A stretch of DNA of 64,000 nucleotides from an uncultured Mycoplasmatota bacterium (GTDB lineage: Bacteria > Bacillota_I > Bacilli_A > RF39 > UBA660), in the NCBI GenBank assembly GCA_948466395.1, contig CAOKAG010000002.1, positions 16,062 through 80,061 of the forward strand, read 5' to 3'. Made by a program: the position numbers and the translations under genes. Positions within the stretch are counted from its first letter, which is position 1. Every line of letters starts with the position of its first letter. The notes beneath the pieces are model-generated. The model saw only the letters and a list, made by a program, of their open reading frames with translations. It made no database searches and was not told the DNA's origin. This document shows, in pieces, positions 52,871-63,514 of the stretch.

Positions 52871-53851
52871 ATGAATAAAAAAATAGTCATGATAAGCCTT
52901 CTAGGTCTATTATTAATATTTTGTGCTGTTTTTATAATGAAACAAGCACCTAAAGATTTAAAGACAGAAGAATCAATTGTTACTTTATCTCTTGGATTTG
53001 AGGAAATTGATTTTAAAAATCAAAATTTGTATAAAAATCAAGAAACATTAAAAGAGATTCAATTTTTTTTAAGTCAAAACAACGAAGCGATAAATAGTGC
53101 GAAAGTTTTAGAAGACGGCACTCTAGAAATTCAAATAAATAATGAAAAACCTTTTATAATAGCCATAGAAGGTGAAAACATAATAGGGATTTCAAGCGAT
53201 TGGGGATGTGGTGATATCAATGTAATTAAATATCTTTATGTATTAACTGAAAATAATAACGTGTATAAATCAGCATTGATTTATAATAAAGAACAAGATA
53301 GTTATAATAATAATTCTTTAAAAAAAGAGTTTGAAAAAATTTTTGATGGCTCAGATATAAAAAAAGATAAAGTAAGTTTAGTTAGATTGAATTCAGAAAA
53401 TAAATTTAGCACTTGCCTTGAATTTATTGAAGTTTATTTAAAAATAAGTGATAAAGTTGTAGACTTTAATGGAAAAGACTATAAAGAAGTGATACCGAAC
53501 CGTGCTTTTATTATTGGCGATAAGGATACATTAATTTATGAATTTTCAGGAATTATAAAAACTAAACATAAGGTAATTAAAAATACAAATAACGAACCTA
53601 TTGAATTTATTATTTGTTCAAGTGATGGAACTTATTTAATTGATAAAGATGAAAATGAATATATTTTAGAAAAAAACATATATGATTTGATGAACGATGA
53701 TTCTTTTAATGGCGTCGTAATACCAAGTAATAAAATTAAAATATCAAAAATAGGTAAAAAAGGATTAAATTATGAATTTATATTTGATAATAATACTAAA
53801 AAAAAGATAGATATAGATGCACAGTGGAGTCTATTTGAAGAAATAGTATAA
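52871..53851 (+). CDS. hypothetical secreted/membrane-anchored protein (326 aa)
   Basis: N-terminal signal/TM segment (MISLLGLLLIFCAVFIM). No family recognised. Confidence 0.5.
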   Translation: MNKKIVMISLLGLLLIFCAVFIMKQAPKDLKTEESIVTLSLGFEEIDFKNQNLYKNQETLKEIQFFLSQNNEAINSAKVLEDGTLEIQINNEKPFIIAIEGENIIGISSDWGCGDINVIKYLYVLTENNNVYKSALIYNKEQDSYNNNSLKKEFEKIFDGSDIKKDKVSLVRLNSENKFSTCLEFIEVYLKISDKVVDFNGKDYKEVIPNRAFIIGDKDTLIYEFSGIIKTKHKVIKNTNNEPIEFIICSSDGTYLIDKDENEYILEKNIYDLMNDDSFNGVVIPSNKIKISKIGKKGLNYEFIFDNNTKKKIDIDAQWSLFEEIV

Positions 53852-53869
53852 GAATACTAAATGAATTAG

Positions 53870-55222
53870 GTGTTCAAATTGGAAAAAGTATATGAATTTT
53901 TAAAATCAGTTATGAAAAAACACATGATTATAGTTGTAGCTGTATCAGGTGGACCAGACTCAATGTGTCTTTTACATCTTCTCTATCAACAAAAAAAAGA
54001 ATACAATTTAAAAATAATTGTTGCTCATGTAAATCATAATTTAAGAAAAGAAAGTAAAGAAGAAGCTTTATTTGTAAAAAAAGTGTGTGACGCTTACCAA
54101 ATCCCTTTTGAATTAAAAGAATTAAATAATCTACCCTCTACGAATACCGAAAAGAGTGCCCGCATTAAAAGATATGAATTTTTAGAAAAAATAGTAAACA
54201 AATACCATGCAGAGAGTTTAATGACTGCTCATCATGGCGATGATTTAATAGAAACCATTTTAATGCGATTGACTAGAGGCAGCAATTTTAGTGGCTATGC
54301 GGGATTTAAAAAGATAACAGTCAAAAAAAATTATAAACTGATCAGACCATTAATCTATTTAACCAAAGAAGAGATCATTAATTATAATATAGAAAATCAT
54401 TTGGAATACCGAATCGATAAAACCAATCAAAGTGACGATTATACTAGAAATCGCTTTCGCAAAAACATGGTTCCTTTTTTACATCAAGAAAATCCTAAAG
54501 TTCATCAAAAATTTTTAAAATTTAGTGAAGAATTAGACAGAATAAATGTCTATTTAGAGAAAAAAACAGAAAGCATCTTGACGACCATTTATGATTTTGA
54601 TAAAGTAAACTTGCACAAATTTAAAGAATTAGATTCTGTGTTTCAAGTTCGAGTATTAGAGGATATGTTAAAAAAAGAATATAAAGACATGATTTATTTA
54701 ATAAACGCTACGCACGAAAAAATGATTTTTGATTTAATAGAAAGTCAAGCCCCAAATAAGAAAATAAATTTGCCTTTAAACAAAACGCTTGAAAAAAGTT
54801 ATCAATATCTTTATTTTAACAAGAGTCATGATCAAGTAAAAAAGGAAGAGATATTAAAAGAAAAGATCATATTAAATGATCAAGAAAGTATTATTAAAAT
54901 AGAAACAGATAATTATAAAAAAAGTAATAACCTTTTACGCTTAGATTCAAAAGAAATAACCTTACCACTCAAAGTTCGAACAAGAAAAAAAGGCGATGTC
55001 ATGACGCTTAAAAATGTAAAAGGAAGTAAAAAAGTAAAAGATATTTTTATTGATGAAAAAATTCCTTTAAAAAAAAGGGACCAATGGCCTATTGTTACGG
55101 ATGCAAACGAGGTTATTTTATGGATGCCTGGATTAAAAAAATCAAATTTTGATAAGAATAATAATGAATTTTATGATATAATATATAAATATGTAGTTAG
55201 TGAGGAGAAAAGAAATGAATAG
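53870..55222 (+). CDS. tilS: tRNA(Ile)-lysidine synthetase
   Basis: The PP-loop motif is [13 protein letters not shown] (SGGxDS). The product is 450 aa and lies upstream of ftsH. Confidence 0.9.
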   Translation: MFKLEKVYEFLKSVMKKHMIIVVAVSGGPDSMCLLHLLYQQKKEYNLKIIVAHVNHNLRKESKEEALFVKKVCDAYQIPFELKELNNLPSTNTEKSARIKRYEFLEKIVNKYHAESLMTAHHGDDLIETILMRLTRGSNFSGYAGFKKITVKKNYKLIRPLIYLTKEEIINYNIENHLEYRIDKTNQSDDYTRNRFRKNMVPFLHQENPKVHQKFLKFSEELDRINVYLEKKTESILTTIYDFDKVNLHKFKELDSVFQVRVLEDMLKKEYKDMIYLINATHEKMIFDLIESQAPNKKINLPLNKTLEKSYQYLYFNKSHDQVKKEEILKEKIILNDQESIIKIETDNYKKSNNLLRLDSKEITLPLKVRTRKKGDVMTLKNVKGSKKVKDIFIDEKIPLKKRDQWPIVTDANEVILWMPGLKKSNFDKNNNEFYDIIYKYVVSEEKRNE

Positions 55223-57191
55223 AAATAACACAATGAGAAATATATTTCCTTATTTAGTTTTAGTAGTGGTTATTTTCTTTGTTTTAACGGTTCTAAATAT
55301 GGGTGGAGCAATAAAACATGAATTAACAACAGGAGAATTATTAGGAGAAATAGAAAAAAGCAATGTAACTGAAATCATCGTGACACCAAGTAGTTCCGAT
55401 TCAGTTTATTACATTGAAGGAAAATTAGCGAATTATAAAGAAAAAGAAACCTTTAAAGCAAAAGTTGTAGAAAAAGATTTAAATGAAATTACGGCTTATG
55501 CTAAAGGAAACCCCGATATAATAAAAAAATATGAAACCAAAAAAGACCCAGGTTCGATTTCAATATTATATATTGTAATTAACTTTTTACCTTTGATTAT
55601 TATAATTGGTGCTTCTTACTTCTTATTTACTAAAATGGCTGGAAGTAATAAAAATTCGATGGATTTTGGTAGAAGTAGAGCAAAATTAAGTGAAAATGGT
55701 GGCAGTGTAAAATTTAAAGATGTTGCTGGATTAAAAGAAGAAAAAGAAGAAGTATCAGAATTAATTGATTTCTTAAAAAATCCGAAAAAATTCCAAAAGT
55801 TAGGAGCTCGTATCCCCAAAGGTGTTTTATTAGTAGGGCCTCCAGGAACAGGAAAAACGTTACTAGCCAAAGCTGTAGCTGGAGAAGCTAATGTTCCATT
55901 TTATTACATTAGTGGTTCAGACTTTGTGGAATTGTTTGTAGGAGTAGGTGCAAGTCGAGTTCGTGATATGTTTAAAGAAGCGAAAAAGAACGCTCCATGC
56001 TTAATATTTATTGACGAAATTGATGCCGTAGGACGTCAAAGAGGGGCTGGACTTGGCGGAGGACACGATGAAAGAGAGCAAACATTAAATCAATTATTAA
56101 CTGAAATGGATGGTTTTGGAGCAAACGAAGGCATTATTATTATTGCTGCTACTAATAGACCAGACGTTTTAGATCCAGCTTTATTAAGACCAGGTCGATT
56201 TGATCGTCAAGTGACAGTTAATTTACCAGATACAAAAGAAAGAGAAGAAATATTAAAAGTTCATGCAAGTAATAAAATATTAGATCCTACAGTAAAATTG
56301 AATAATATAAGTGCTCGTACGCCAGGATTTAGCGGAGCAGATTTAGAGAACCTTTTAAATGAAGCCGCTTTATTAGCTGTTCGAAAAAATGAAGAATCCA
56401 TTACGATGGATGACATTGATGAAGCAACGGATAGAGTATTAATGGGTCCAGCTAAAACCAGTCGAAAAATTACTGACAAAGAGAAAAAATTAGTAAGCAT
56501 CCATGAATCAGGACACGCTGTTATTGGTATTAAATTAGAAGATGCTAATGAAGTTCATAAAATAACCATTATTCCACGTGGAATGGCTGGTGGTTATACA
56601 ATGATGCTTCCAAAAGAAGAAAAAATTTCTGTAATGACTGAAAAAGAATTATTAGCAATGATTACAGGTCTTTTAGGTGGTCGTGCTGCTGAAGAATTAT
56701 TCTTAGGAGAAATTACAACAGGGGCCAGTGATGACTTTAAAAAAGCAACAAACATCGCGCGTAGTATGGTATCTGAATACGGTATGAGTGAATTAGGACC
56801 CATGCAATATGAACAAAAAAGCGAAGGTGTTTTCTTAGGAAGAGACTACAACAAATCAAGAAATTATTCTGATCAAGTGGCACTAGAAATTGACCGTGAA
56901 GTAAGAAAAATTGTTGAAAATTGTTACGCTGATGCTAAAAAAATATTGCTTGAAAATGAAAAATTAGTAAATATTTTAAGTGAAGCTTTAATTGAAAGAG
57001 AAACCTTAACAAAAGAAGAAATAGAATCGTTAGTAACAACTGGAAAAATTGCGGAAAATTTAGAACCTTTAAAAGAAGGCGAAACCTCTTTATTAAAATT
57101 AAGAGAAATTGCCAAAGCTAAAAAAATTAAAGGTTATTCTAAAATGAGTAAAGAAGAACTTGAAGAGGCCATTGAAAAGGGAGATGAGTAA
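55215..57191 (+). CDS. ftsH: ATP-dependent zinc metalloprotease FtsH
   Basis: AAA motifs GPPGTGKT, the second region of homology, and the zinc motif HESGHAV are present. An N-terminal TM region precedes them. Confidence 0.95.
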   Translation: MNRNNTMRNIFPYLVLVVVIFFVLTVLNMGGAIKHELTTGELLGEIEKSNVTEIIVTPSSSDSVYYIEGKLANYKEKETFKAKVVEKDLNEITAYAKGNPDIIKKYETKKDPGSISILYIVINFLPLIIIIGASYFLFTKMAGSNKNSMDFGRSRAKLSENGGSVKFKDVAGLKEEKEEVSELIDFLKNPKKFQKLGARIPKGVLLVGPPGTGKTLLAKAVAGEANVPFYYISGSDFVELFVGVGASRVRDMFKEAKKNAPCLIFIDEIDAVGRQRGAGLGGGHDEREQTLNQLLTEMDGFGANEGIIIIAATNRPDVLDPALLRPGRFDRQVTVNLPDTKEREEILKVHASNKILDPTVKLNNISARTPGFSGADLENLLNEAALLAVRKNEESITMDDIDEATDRVLMGPAKTSRKITDKEKKLVSIHESGHAVIGIKLEDANEVHKITIIPRGMAGGYTMMLPKEEKISVMTEKELLAMITGLLGGRAAEELFLGEITTGASDDFKKATNIARSMVSEYGMSELGPMQYEQKSEGVFLGRDYNKSRNYSDQVALEIDREVRKIVENCYADAKKILLENEKLVNILSEALIERETLTKEEIESLVTTGKIAENLEPLKEGETSLLKLREIAKAKKIKGYSKMSKEELEEAIEKGDE

Positions 57192-57233
57192 TCTCTTTTT
57201 TTGATGTAAAAAGTTTAAAATCGAGGGATAAAT

Positions 57234-57818
57234 ATGGATTATAAAAAGATTTTTACTGAAAAAGGATTAATTAATATTGATAAATTCTTTATTTATATGC
57301 AAAATGAGTTCGAGTATGGTTGGCTTGATAAAAATGGCAAGAAACATTATGGAGTGAATGATGCTCAATCGTATAGTTTACAATCACCTAGCGAATTATT
57401 AAAAAGTCATATCGGAATATGCTGGGATAGAACAGAATTGCATAGATGTTTTTTTGAAAAGATGACTTCTTTAAAATATGAAACTTATTATTTATTTTAT
57501 GATGATAAAAAGGGTTGTCCTAGTCATTCTATTTTAGTATTTTACGATAATAATAAAGTATATTGGTTTGAACCCATGTTTAATGATAAAAATTGTTTTT
57601 ATAGTGGCATCCATGAATATGAAAACCTCAACAAATTATTAGAAGATTTCAAACGTATTTTTGTTAAAGATGCAGTGATGAATGGATTAATTCCCTTAGA
57701 TTATACCCCATCTGCTATTCAAATATATAAATATAAAGCACCAAAAAAGCATAGCAATGGTTATGAAATGCGAAATCACATTAATAATAGTGAACTTATC
57801 AACATTGGCAAGAAATAA
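57234..57818 (+). CDS. hypothetical protein with conserved Cys/His pair (possible papain-fold/transglutaminase-like)
   Basis: GICWDRTELHRCFF ... CPSHSILVF. The inference rests on motifs only. Confidence 0.4.
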   Translation: MDYKKIFTEKGLINIDKFFIYMQNEFEYGWLDKNGKKHYGVNDAQSYSLQSPSELLKSHIGICWDRTELHRCFFEKMTSLKYETYYLFYDDKKGCPSHSILVFYDNNKVYWFEPMFNDKNCFYSGIHEYENLNKLLEDFKRIFVKDAVMNGLIPLDYTPSAIQIYKYKAPKKHSNGYEMRNHINNSELINIGKK

Positions 57819-57906
57819 TGACAACAAAATAGAACCCTACTATTTTTTCAAGATCAAGGTTTAAAGTCTTTTTAGGTTTGACAATGAAATAGTACAATAT
57901 AAAAAA

Positions 57907-57950
57907 CTCATTTCTTAAGCGTAAGAAACGAGTTTTGTCTTTTTTTACGT
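57907..57950. terminator. bidirectional hairpin terminator between the hypothetical gene and gmk
   Basis: CTCATTTCTTAAGCGTAAGAAACGAG stem-loop, flanked by A-run/T-run. Confidence 0.55.
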
Positions 57951-57951
57951 G

Positions 57952-58638
57952 TTAATTTAATTTGTCTTCATATAAAGGTGAATTATCAAATTCCTTATCC
58001 ATTAAAAACTCATGAATAATTTCCTCTTGATTCTCTACAGCAATTTCTTCAATTCGGTCAACACGACAAGTTTCACTTAGTAAAATAGCCTCTACCTTTT
58101 TGACTGCTTCTTCTAATACCTCATTTACAACAACATAATTGTATTTAGGAATTTCATTGATTTCTTGATAAGCGGTTTGAAATCTTTTAATAATTTGTTC
58201 ATTATTTTCTTTTCCACGCTTTTTAATTCTTTCTTTTACAATTTCCATGCTGGGAGCAAGTATGAAAATTAAAACAGTTTCGGGAAACATTTCTTTGATA
58301 TGTTGTGCTCCTTTAACGTCAATTTCTAAAATAACATCTTTACCAGTATCTAATAATTCTTTTACTTCTTTTTTAGGTGTACCATAATAATGCTCTTGAT
58401 GAACAATTTCATATTCTAGCATTTCATCATTTTTAATTTTCTCCTCAAATTGAGCTTTACTGATAAAATAATAATCTTTACCATCAATTTCTCCGTCTCT
58501 TTTGTTTCTAGAGGTGTAAGAAACAGATAAAGAAAGATTAGAATTTCTATTAAGTAATTCTTGAATAACCGTCCCTTTTCCTGCACAAGTGGTTCCAGAA
58601 ATTATAATTAAATTTCCTTGTTTTCTTTGTTTAATCAT
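57952..58638 (-). CDS. gmk: guanylate kinase
   Basis: P-loop GTTCAGKGT, then SYTSRNKRDGEIDGKDYYFIS and EYEIVHQEHYYGT. Confidence 0.85.
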   Translation of the reverse strand: MIKQRKQGNLIIISGTTCAGKGTVIQELLNRNSNLSLSVSYTSRNKRDGEIDGKDYYFISKAQFEEKIKNDEMLEYEIVHQEHYYGTPKKEVKELLDTGKDVILEIDVKGAQHIKEMFPETVLIFILAPSMEIVKERIKKRGKENNEQIIKRFQTAYQEINEIPKYNYVVVNEVLEEAVKKVEAILLSETCRVDRIEEIAVENQEEIIHEFLMDKEFDNSPLYEDKLN

Positions 58639-58864
58639 ATTTTTTTCCTTTCGTTTTTTATAATTATAACACTAAAATAAACTTAGTAAAGTCTCTTTTA
58701 TTTTGACCTTATTGAGATTTTTTATATGAGCAATGAAAGAAACCGAACAAAGAGAACCTTTAAAAATAACTCCAGTCATTAAAAAGCAATAATTTATTCG
58801 AAAAGTTCTTTACAAGAATTTTAGAAACCGCTATAATATTTTAATGAAAGAGAGGTAAAAAATT

Positions 58865-59404
58865 ATGGAATTAAAAGGTAGTAAAACAGAAAGTAATTTA
58901 ATGGCTGCTTTCGCTGGAGAAAGTCAAGCAAGAAATAAATATACCTATTATGCTTCAAAAGCAAAAAAAGAAGGATATGAACAAATTGCTGCCATCTTTG
59001 AAGAAACTGCGAATAATGAAAAAGAGCATGCAAAACTTTGGTTCAAAGCTTTACATGATGGCGATGTTCCTGATACTTTAACAAATCTTAAAGATGCCGC
59101 AACTGGTGAAAAATACGAGTGGACAGAAATGTATAAAGAATTTGCTGTAACAGCCCGTACTGAAGGATTTACAGATATAGCCAATCTATTTGAAATGGTT
59201 GGAGAAATTGAGAAACATCATGAAGAAAGATTCATGAAGCTTGTTGGAAATATTGAAGACAATTTAGTTTTCCAAAGAGGCGAAGAAAAAGTATGGATTT
59301 GTCGCAATTGTGGACACATTACTGTAGGAGAAAAAGCCCCTGTTGTGTGCCCTGTGTGTAAACATCCTCAAAGTTTTATGGAACTTAAAGCTGAAAACTA
59401 CTAA
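58865..59404 (+). CDS. rbr: rubrerythrin
   Basis: A ferritin-like diiron domain ([12 protein letters not shown]..., E..H motifs) is followed by a C-terminal rubredoxin-like CRNCGH...CPVCKHP. Confidence 0.9.
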   Translation: MELKGSKTESNLMAAFAGESQARNKYTYYASKAKKEGYEQIAAIFEETANNEKEHAKLWFKALHDGDVPDTLTNLKDAATGEKYEWTEMYKEFAVTARTEGFTDIANLFEMVGEIEKHHEERFMKLVGNIEDNLVFQRGEEKVWICRNCGHITVGEKAPVVCPVCKHPQSFMELKAENY

Positions 59405-59432
59405 GATGCAAAAAAGCATCTTTTTTCTTTGA
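59405..59432 (+). terminator. rbr terminator (GATGCAAAAAAGCATC + TTTTTTCTTT)
   Basis: Hairpin followed by a T-run directly after the rbr stop. Confidence 0.6.
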
Positions 59433-59470
59433 TTTAAAAATGCTATAATTGACAAAAAGGACGGAGAGTT

Positions 59471-60223
59471 ATGGAAAAAGCACTTTTTTTAACCATCATT
59501 GTAAGTATTTTTTTTCTAATAGGAATTTTTATACCCATCATCTTTAAAAATAAAAAAAAGCTAATTTTAATGACAACAGGTTTAACCTTTATTATAATGC
59601 TTTATTTAGCTCTTTTTGATTTACTTCCCGAAATCATTGAACATGTTGAAAATAGAAACAATTTATTCATCTGTTTCTTTATGATATTAGTAGGATGTCT
59701 TTCCTTAAAATTCTTAGACATCTTTATACCAGAACATCATCATGAACACCATGAAAAAGAAGACAATCAAGAAGAACACGAAAATCATTTATTTCATATT
59801 GGCTTAATCACATCAATTTCTTTAATCATTCATAATGTTTTAGAAGGAATATCAATATACATTACAGGTCTTTCTGATTTTAAATTAGGTTTAATTATGG
59901 CATTAACAGTAAGTCTTCATAACCTTCCATTAGGCATAGAAATATCAGCAAGTTTAGCCACTAAAAAAAATCAATTTGCTAAATTTTTAATTTTATTTTT
60001 CTTAGCCTTTTCAAGTTTCTTTGGAGCCTTTTTCCTATTCTTATTCAATAAAGAACTAAATGAAACGATAGAGTGTATTTTATTAGCTCTGACATTAGGA
60101 ATGATTATCTATATAGCCATCTTTGAACTTTTTTCTGAAGTCAAACAAAACATAAAACAAAAAGAAATTAAATTAGGATTAATCTTAGGAGTACTATTAT
60201 CTTCTATATTATATTTTTTATAA
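59471..60223 (+). CDS. ZIP-family divalent metal transporter (ZupT-like)
   Basis: A His-rich loop (HHHEHHEKEDNQEEHENH) and the signatures HNVLEGISI / HNLPLGIEI are present. Eight TM helices are predicted. Confidence 0.85.
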   Translation: MEKALFLTIIVSIFFLIGIFIPIIFKNKKKLILMTTGLTFIIMLYLALFDLLPEIIEHVENRNNLFICFFMILVGCLSLKFLDIFIPEHHHEHHEKEDNQEEHENHLFHIGLITSISLIIHNVLEGISIYITGLSDFKLGLIMALTVSLHNLPLGIEISASLATKKNQFAKFLILFFLAFSSFFGAFFLFLFNKELNETIECILLALTLGMIIYIAIFELFSEVKQNIKQKEIKLGLILGVLLSSILYFL

Positions 60224-60236
60224 GTGAGGTGAAAAA

Positions 60237-61289
60237 ATGATTGGTTTAGCATTACAAGGAGGAGGAGCAAGAGGATCCTATCAAATCGGCGCTTATTTAG
60301 CTTTAAAAAAACATCACATTAAATTTGATGGTGTTTGTGGAACATCAATTGGAGCCTTTAATGGTGCGATGATTGCATCAGGTCGTGAACAAGAATTATT
60401 AAACTTTTGGAAAAACATTTCTGTTGCAGAAATTTTAGGATTTAATGAAGAATACGCCAATAAAATAAAAGACAAAAAGCATGACTTAAATTATTATTTT
60501 TTAGGTTTGAAACATGTATTAAAAATAATAAAATCACGAGGCATTTCTGTAGAAGGATTAGAAAAGGTTTTAAAAACAAACTTAAACATATCTGAACTTA
60601 TGAATAGTAATATGGATTATGGTCTTTGTACAGTAAGAGTTCACGACTTAAAACCACTGTATATTTTTAAAGAAAGTATGAATACAGAAAAATTGTATGA
60701 CTACATATTAGCAAGTTGCTATCTTCCTTTTTTTAAAATGGAAAAAAAAGTAGACGATCATTATTATATTGATGGTGGATTTTATGATAATACGCCCATT
60801 AATATGTTAATTGATAAAGGATATAAAAAAATATACGTCGTTGAATTAAATCCCTTAATTAATCGAAATCAAAAATTGAAAAAAGAAGTTGAAATTGTAA
60901 AAATAACGCCTAGAAGAAAATTAGGAGGCGTCTTAACCTTTGATAACGATATAATAAATGAAAATATTAAAATGGGGTATTTCGATGCTTTAAGAGTATT
61001 AAAAAAATTAGATGGCTATGACTATTGTTTTAAAAGAAATCCAGAATTTATTTATGCCTTTTTAACTCGAAAAATAAGTAAAAAAAGAATGAAAAGAATC
61101 ATGAGCTTTTTTAATGTAAGTACGAAAAAGCTTGCTGTTATAAAATCAATAGAATACGTCATGAAAAAAGAAAAATTAGACTATTATCAAATCTATAAAC
61201 CTTTAAAAACAATTAAAAAAATAAAAAAAATGCCTTTAAAAGAACACTTTGTTTACGATTTTGTACAAGATTTAAAAGGCATGTTTTAG
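60237..61289 (+). CDS. patatin-like phospholipase
   Basis: Oxyanion hole GLALQGGGARGSY, catalytic Ser (GTSIGA) and Asp (DGG). Confidence 0.85.
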   Translation: MIGLALQGGGARGSYQIGAYLALKKHHIKFDGVCGTSIGAFNGAMIASGREQELLNFWKNISVAEILGFNEEYANKIKDKKHDLNYYFLGLKHVLKIIKSRGISVEGLEKVLKTNLNISELMNSNMDYGLCTVRVHDLKPLYIFKESMNTEKLYDYILASCYLPFFKMEKKVDDHYYIDGGFYDNTPINMLIDKGYKKIYVVELNPLINRNQKLKKEVEIVKITPRRKLGGVLTFDNDIINENIKMGYFDALRVLKKLDGYDYCFKRNPEFIYAFLTRKISKKRMKRIMSFFNVSTKKLAVIKSIEYVMKKEKLDYYQIYKPLKTIKKIKKMPLKEHFVYDFVQDLKGMF

Positions 61290-61354
61290 TCTAAATCTTA
61301 TTTTACAAGTCAAATAAACTATGGTAAGATAAAATTATAAAAGAGAGGGATACT

Positions 61355-62068
61355 ATGGGAAGATTTCCAAACATCGCCGCTAGTAAGGCAAAAACAGGGG
61401 CTGCCAAAGCAAAAGTTTATTCAAGTTACGCTAAAGAAATTTATCAAATAGCTAAAAATGGAGGGACAGACCCTAATGGTAATTTAAATTTAAGAAGATT
61501 AATTGAAAAAGCCAAAAAAGAACAAGTACCTACAGATGTCATAAATAGAGCAATAGAAAAAGCAAAAGGATCAGGTGGAGAAGACTACCAAACCATTCTT
61601 TATGAGGGATTTGGACCTGGTGCATCAACACTAATCATTAAAACCATGACCGATAATGTGAACCGTACAGTAGCTGAAGTACGTGCTGCCTTTAATAAAG
61701 TTCATAAAAGTTTAGGGGTTTCAAATTCGGTTTCCTATAACTACGATTATTTAACATTAATAGCATTTAAAAGCGATAGGGAAGAAGAAATATTTAATAC
61801 ACTATTAGAAAATGAACTTGAAATTACAGATTTCGAAACTGAAGAAGAGAACATTACCATTTCAATTAATCCGAATTTACAACATAAATTAAAAGACGTG
61901 TTAGAAAAACTTATTCCTAATCTAGATTACTTAATCGATGAAACAGGTTATTACCCAAAAGATAAAGTGACCTTAAATGAAGAAGAAATGGCTGACTTTC
62001 AAAAATTACTGACTCTTTTAGAAGAAATTGATGATGTAACAAATATTTATCATAACGTAAACCTATAA
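61355..62068 (+). CDS. yebC: YebC/PmpR-family transcriptional regulator
   Basis: The product is 237 aa. The conserved N-terminus is KWANIKHRKAAQDAKR-like (FPNIAASKAKTGAAKAK). Confidence 0.85.
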   Translation: MGRFPNIAASKAKTGAAKAKVYSSYAKEIYQIAKNGGTDPNGNLNLRRLIEKAKKEQVPTDVINRAIEKAKGSGGEDYQTILYEGFGPGASTLIIKTMTDNVNRTVAEVRAAFNKVHKSLGVSNSVSYNYDYLTLIAFKSDREEEIFNTLLENELEITDFETEEENITISINPNLQHKLKDVLEKLIPNLDYLIDETGYYPKDKVTLNEEEMADFQKLLTLLEEIDDVTNIYHNVNL

Positions 62069-62100
62069 AAAAGACTTTCCGTATTGGAAAGTTTTTAAAA
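62067..62100. terminator. bidirectional terminator between yebC and gerQ (AAAGACTTTCCGTATTGGAAAGTTTTT)
   Basis: Perfect 7-bp stem flanked by A- and T-runs. Confidence 0.6.
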
Positions 62101-62484
62101 TGTTTTCTCAGAATAAGAATGACTGTAATTAATTTTTTCATCAAATTCAACATAATTTAAGTAAATCATACGAATTAAAAACCATTTACCTGTATTCGGA
62201 TCACTCATAATCAAATGATCACGTCCAGCCTCTTCTATAATACCTGTGTAGATTTTATCACGCCACTCTAAAGAATCAGGATAAGAGACATAAGCTCGTA
62301 TTCGTTTACCTTTATTCAGTCTTAAGATGTTTTCAATATAGCTTTGTTCCATATCTAAATCAGGGTTATAACTGATATTTCCAGGAGGAGTCATCGTATT
62401 TGCGTTAGGATTAAAATTTTGTTTATAGGCGTTATTTTCACTGGCTCCAGGAAACGTTGGATTTTGATAATAACTTCCATTCAT
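62095..62484 (-). CDS. gerQ: spore coat protein GerQ
   Basis: MEQSYIENILRLNKGK...EEAGRDHLIMSDPNTGKWFLIRMIYLNYVEFDEKINY aligns with B. subtilis GerQ LEQSYIENILRLNRGK...AAGRDHIIISDPQSGKRFLLLMVYLDYITFDEELNY. The N-terminus is Q/N/P-rich. Confidence 0.8.
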   Translation of the reverse strand: MNGSYYQNPTFPGASENNAYKQNFNPNANTMTPPGNISYNPDLDMEQSYIENILRLNKGKRIRAYVSYPDSLEWRDKIYTGIIEEAGRDHLIMSDPNTGKWFLIRMIYLNYVEFDEKINYSHSYSEKTF

Positions 62485-62554
62485 TTTTCTTCACCTCTAA
62501 TTAAAAATATGAACACTATTTTAAAATATTCCAAATTTTAGTATAATAAATAAG

Positions 62555-63463
62555 GTGAAACCTATGAAAATTAATTTAAAAAAAATAAAACAACAAATAA
62601 TGAAAAAAAGCTTTTACCTACGCATAAGTTTATTAGTGTTTAGTATAGCTTTATTAGCTTTAAACTATAATCTGTTTTTAGCCCCTAACAATTATGTAAT
62701 TGGTGGAACGAGTGGTTTAGCAATTGTCGTTGAAAAAATAACAGGATTAAATACTTCTGTTTTCATAAGCATAATGAGTCTTTTATTAATCCTTCTATCT
62801 TTTATTTTTCTCGGGAAAAAAGACACAGTTAAATCACTGGTAGGATCGATTTTATATCCATTATTGGTTACTTTAACTGCTCCTCTTGCCAAGTTTATTC
62901 TTCCTTACCTTGAATTTGACAATCCATTACTTATCGTATTACTAGCTGGCTTTTTCTGTGGTGTATCCAATGGTCTAATTTATAAAACAGGCTTTAATAC
63001 GGGTGGAAGTGACATTGTCATGAAAATAATCAATAAATTTGGTAAAATTCCTGAAGGGAAAGCCATTTTTTCTATAAATATCATTATTATTTTACTGGGA
63101 TTATTATGTTTTGGAATGAATAAATTTATCTACTCTTTAATTATTTTATTTATTAACACTACTCTTATTGATCGCATTTTAATTGGAATCTCAAACAGTA
63201 AACTCTTTTTTGTTTATACCAAAGAAAATGAACTAATTAAAGAATTTATCATAAAAGAATTAAAAACAGGCGTAACCCTTCTAAACGCTACAGGAGGGTT
63301 TACTGAAGAAAAAAATCATGTGCTTATGTGTGTCGTTGGAAATCGAGATTATTATTATTTTAAAGAAATGGTCTTAAAAATAGATCCGCATGCCTTTTTT
63401 ATAATTAATGATTGTTATGAAGTGGCTGGTGGTGTCAAGAGACATAATTTACCATTTGAATAA
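62555..63463 (+). CDS. YitT-family membrane protein (DUF161 + DUF2179)
   Basis: YNLFLAPNNYVIGGTSGLAIVV is the YitT signature, followed by a C-terminal DUF2179 domain. Confidence 0.8.
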   Translation: MKPMKINLKKIKQQIMKKSFYLRISLLVFSIALLALNYNLFLAPNNYVIGGTSGLAIVVEKITGLNTSVFISIMSLLLILLSFIFLGKKDTVKSLVGSILYPLLVTLTAPLAKFILPYLEFDNPLLIVLLAGFFCGVSNGLIYKTGFNTGGSDIVMKIINKFGKIPEGKAIFSINIIIILLGLLCFGMNKFIYSLIILFINTTLIDRILIGISNSKLFFVYTKENELIKEFIIKELKTGVTLLNATGGFTEEKNHVLMCVVGNRDYYYFKEMVLKIDPHAFFIINDCYEVAGGVKRHNLPFE

Positions 63464-63514
63464 AAGAAATATAATGTTATAATGAAATAAAAAATAGTTG
63501 AGGTGTTTTAAAAC

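Noticed and set aside
58780-58864. PerR/Fur-type box upstream of rubrerythrin (CTATAATATTTTAAT)
   Set aside because: Only ~9 of 15 positions match the TTATAATNATTATAA consensus. The match is indistinguishable from the AT-rich -10 element itself.
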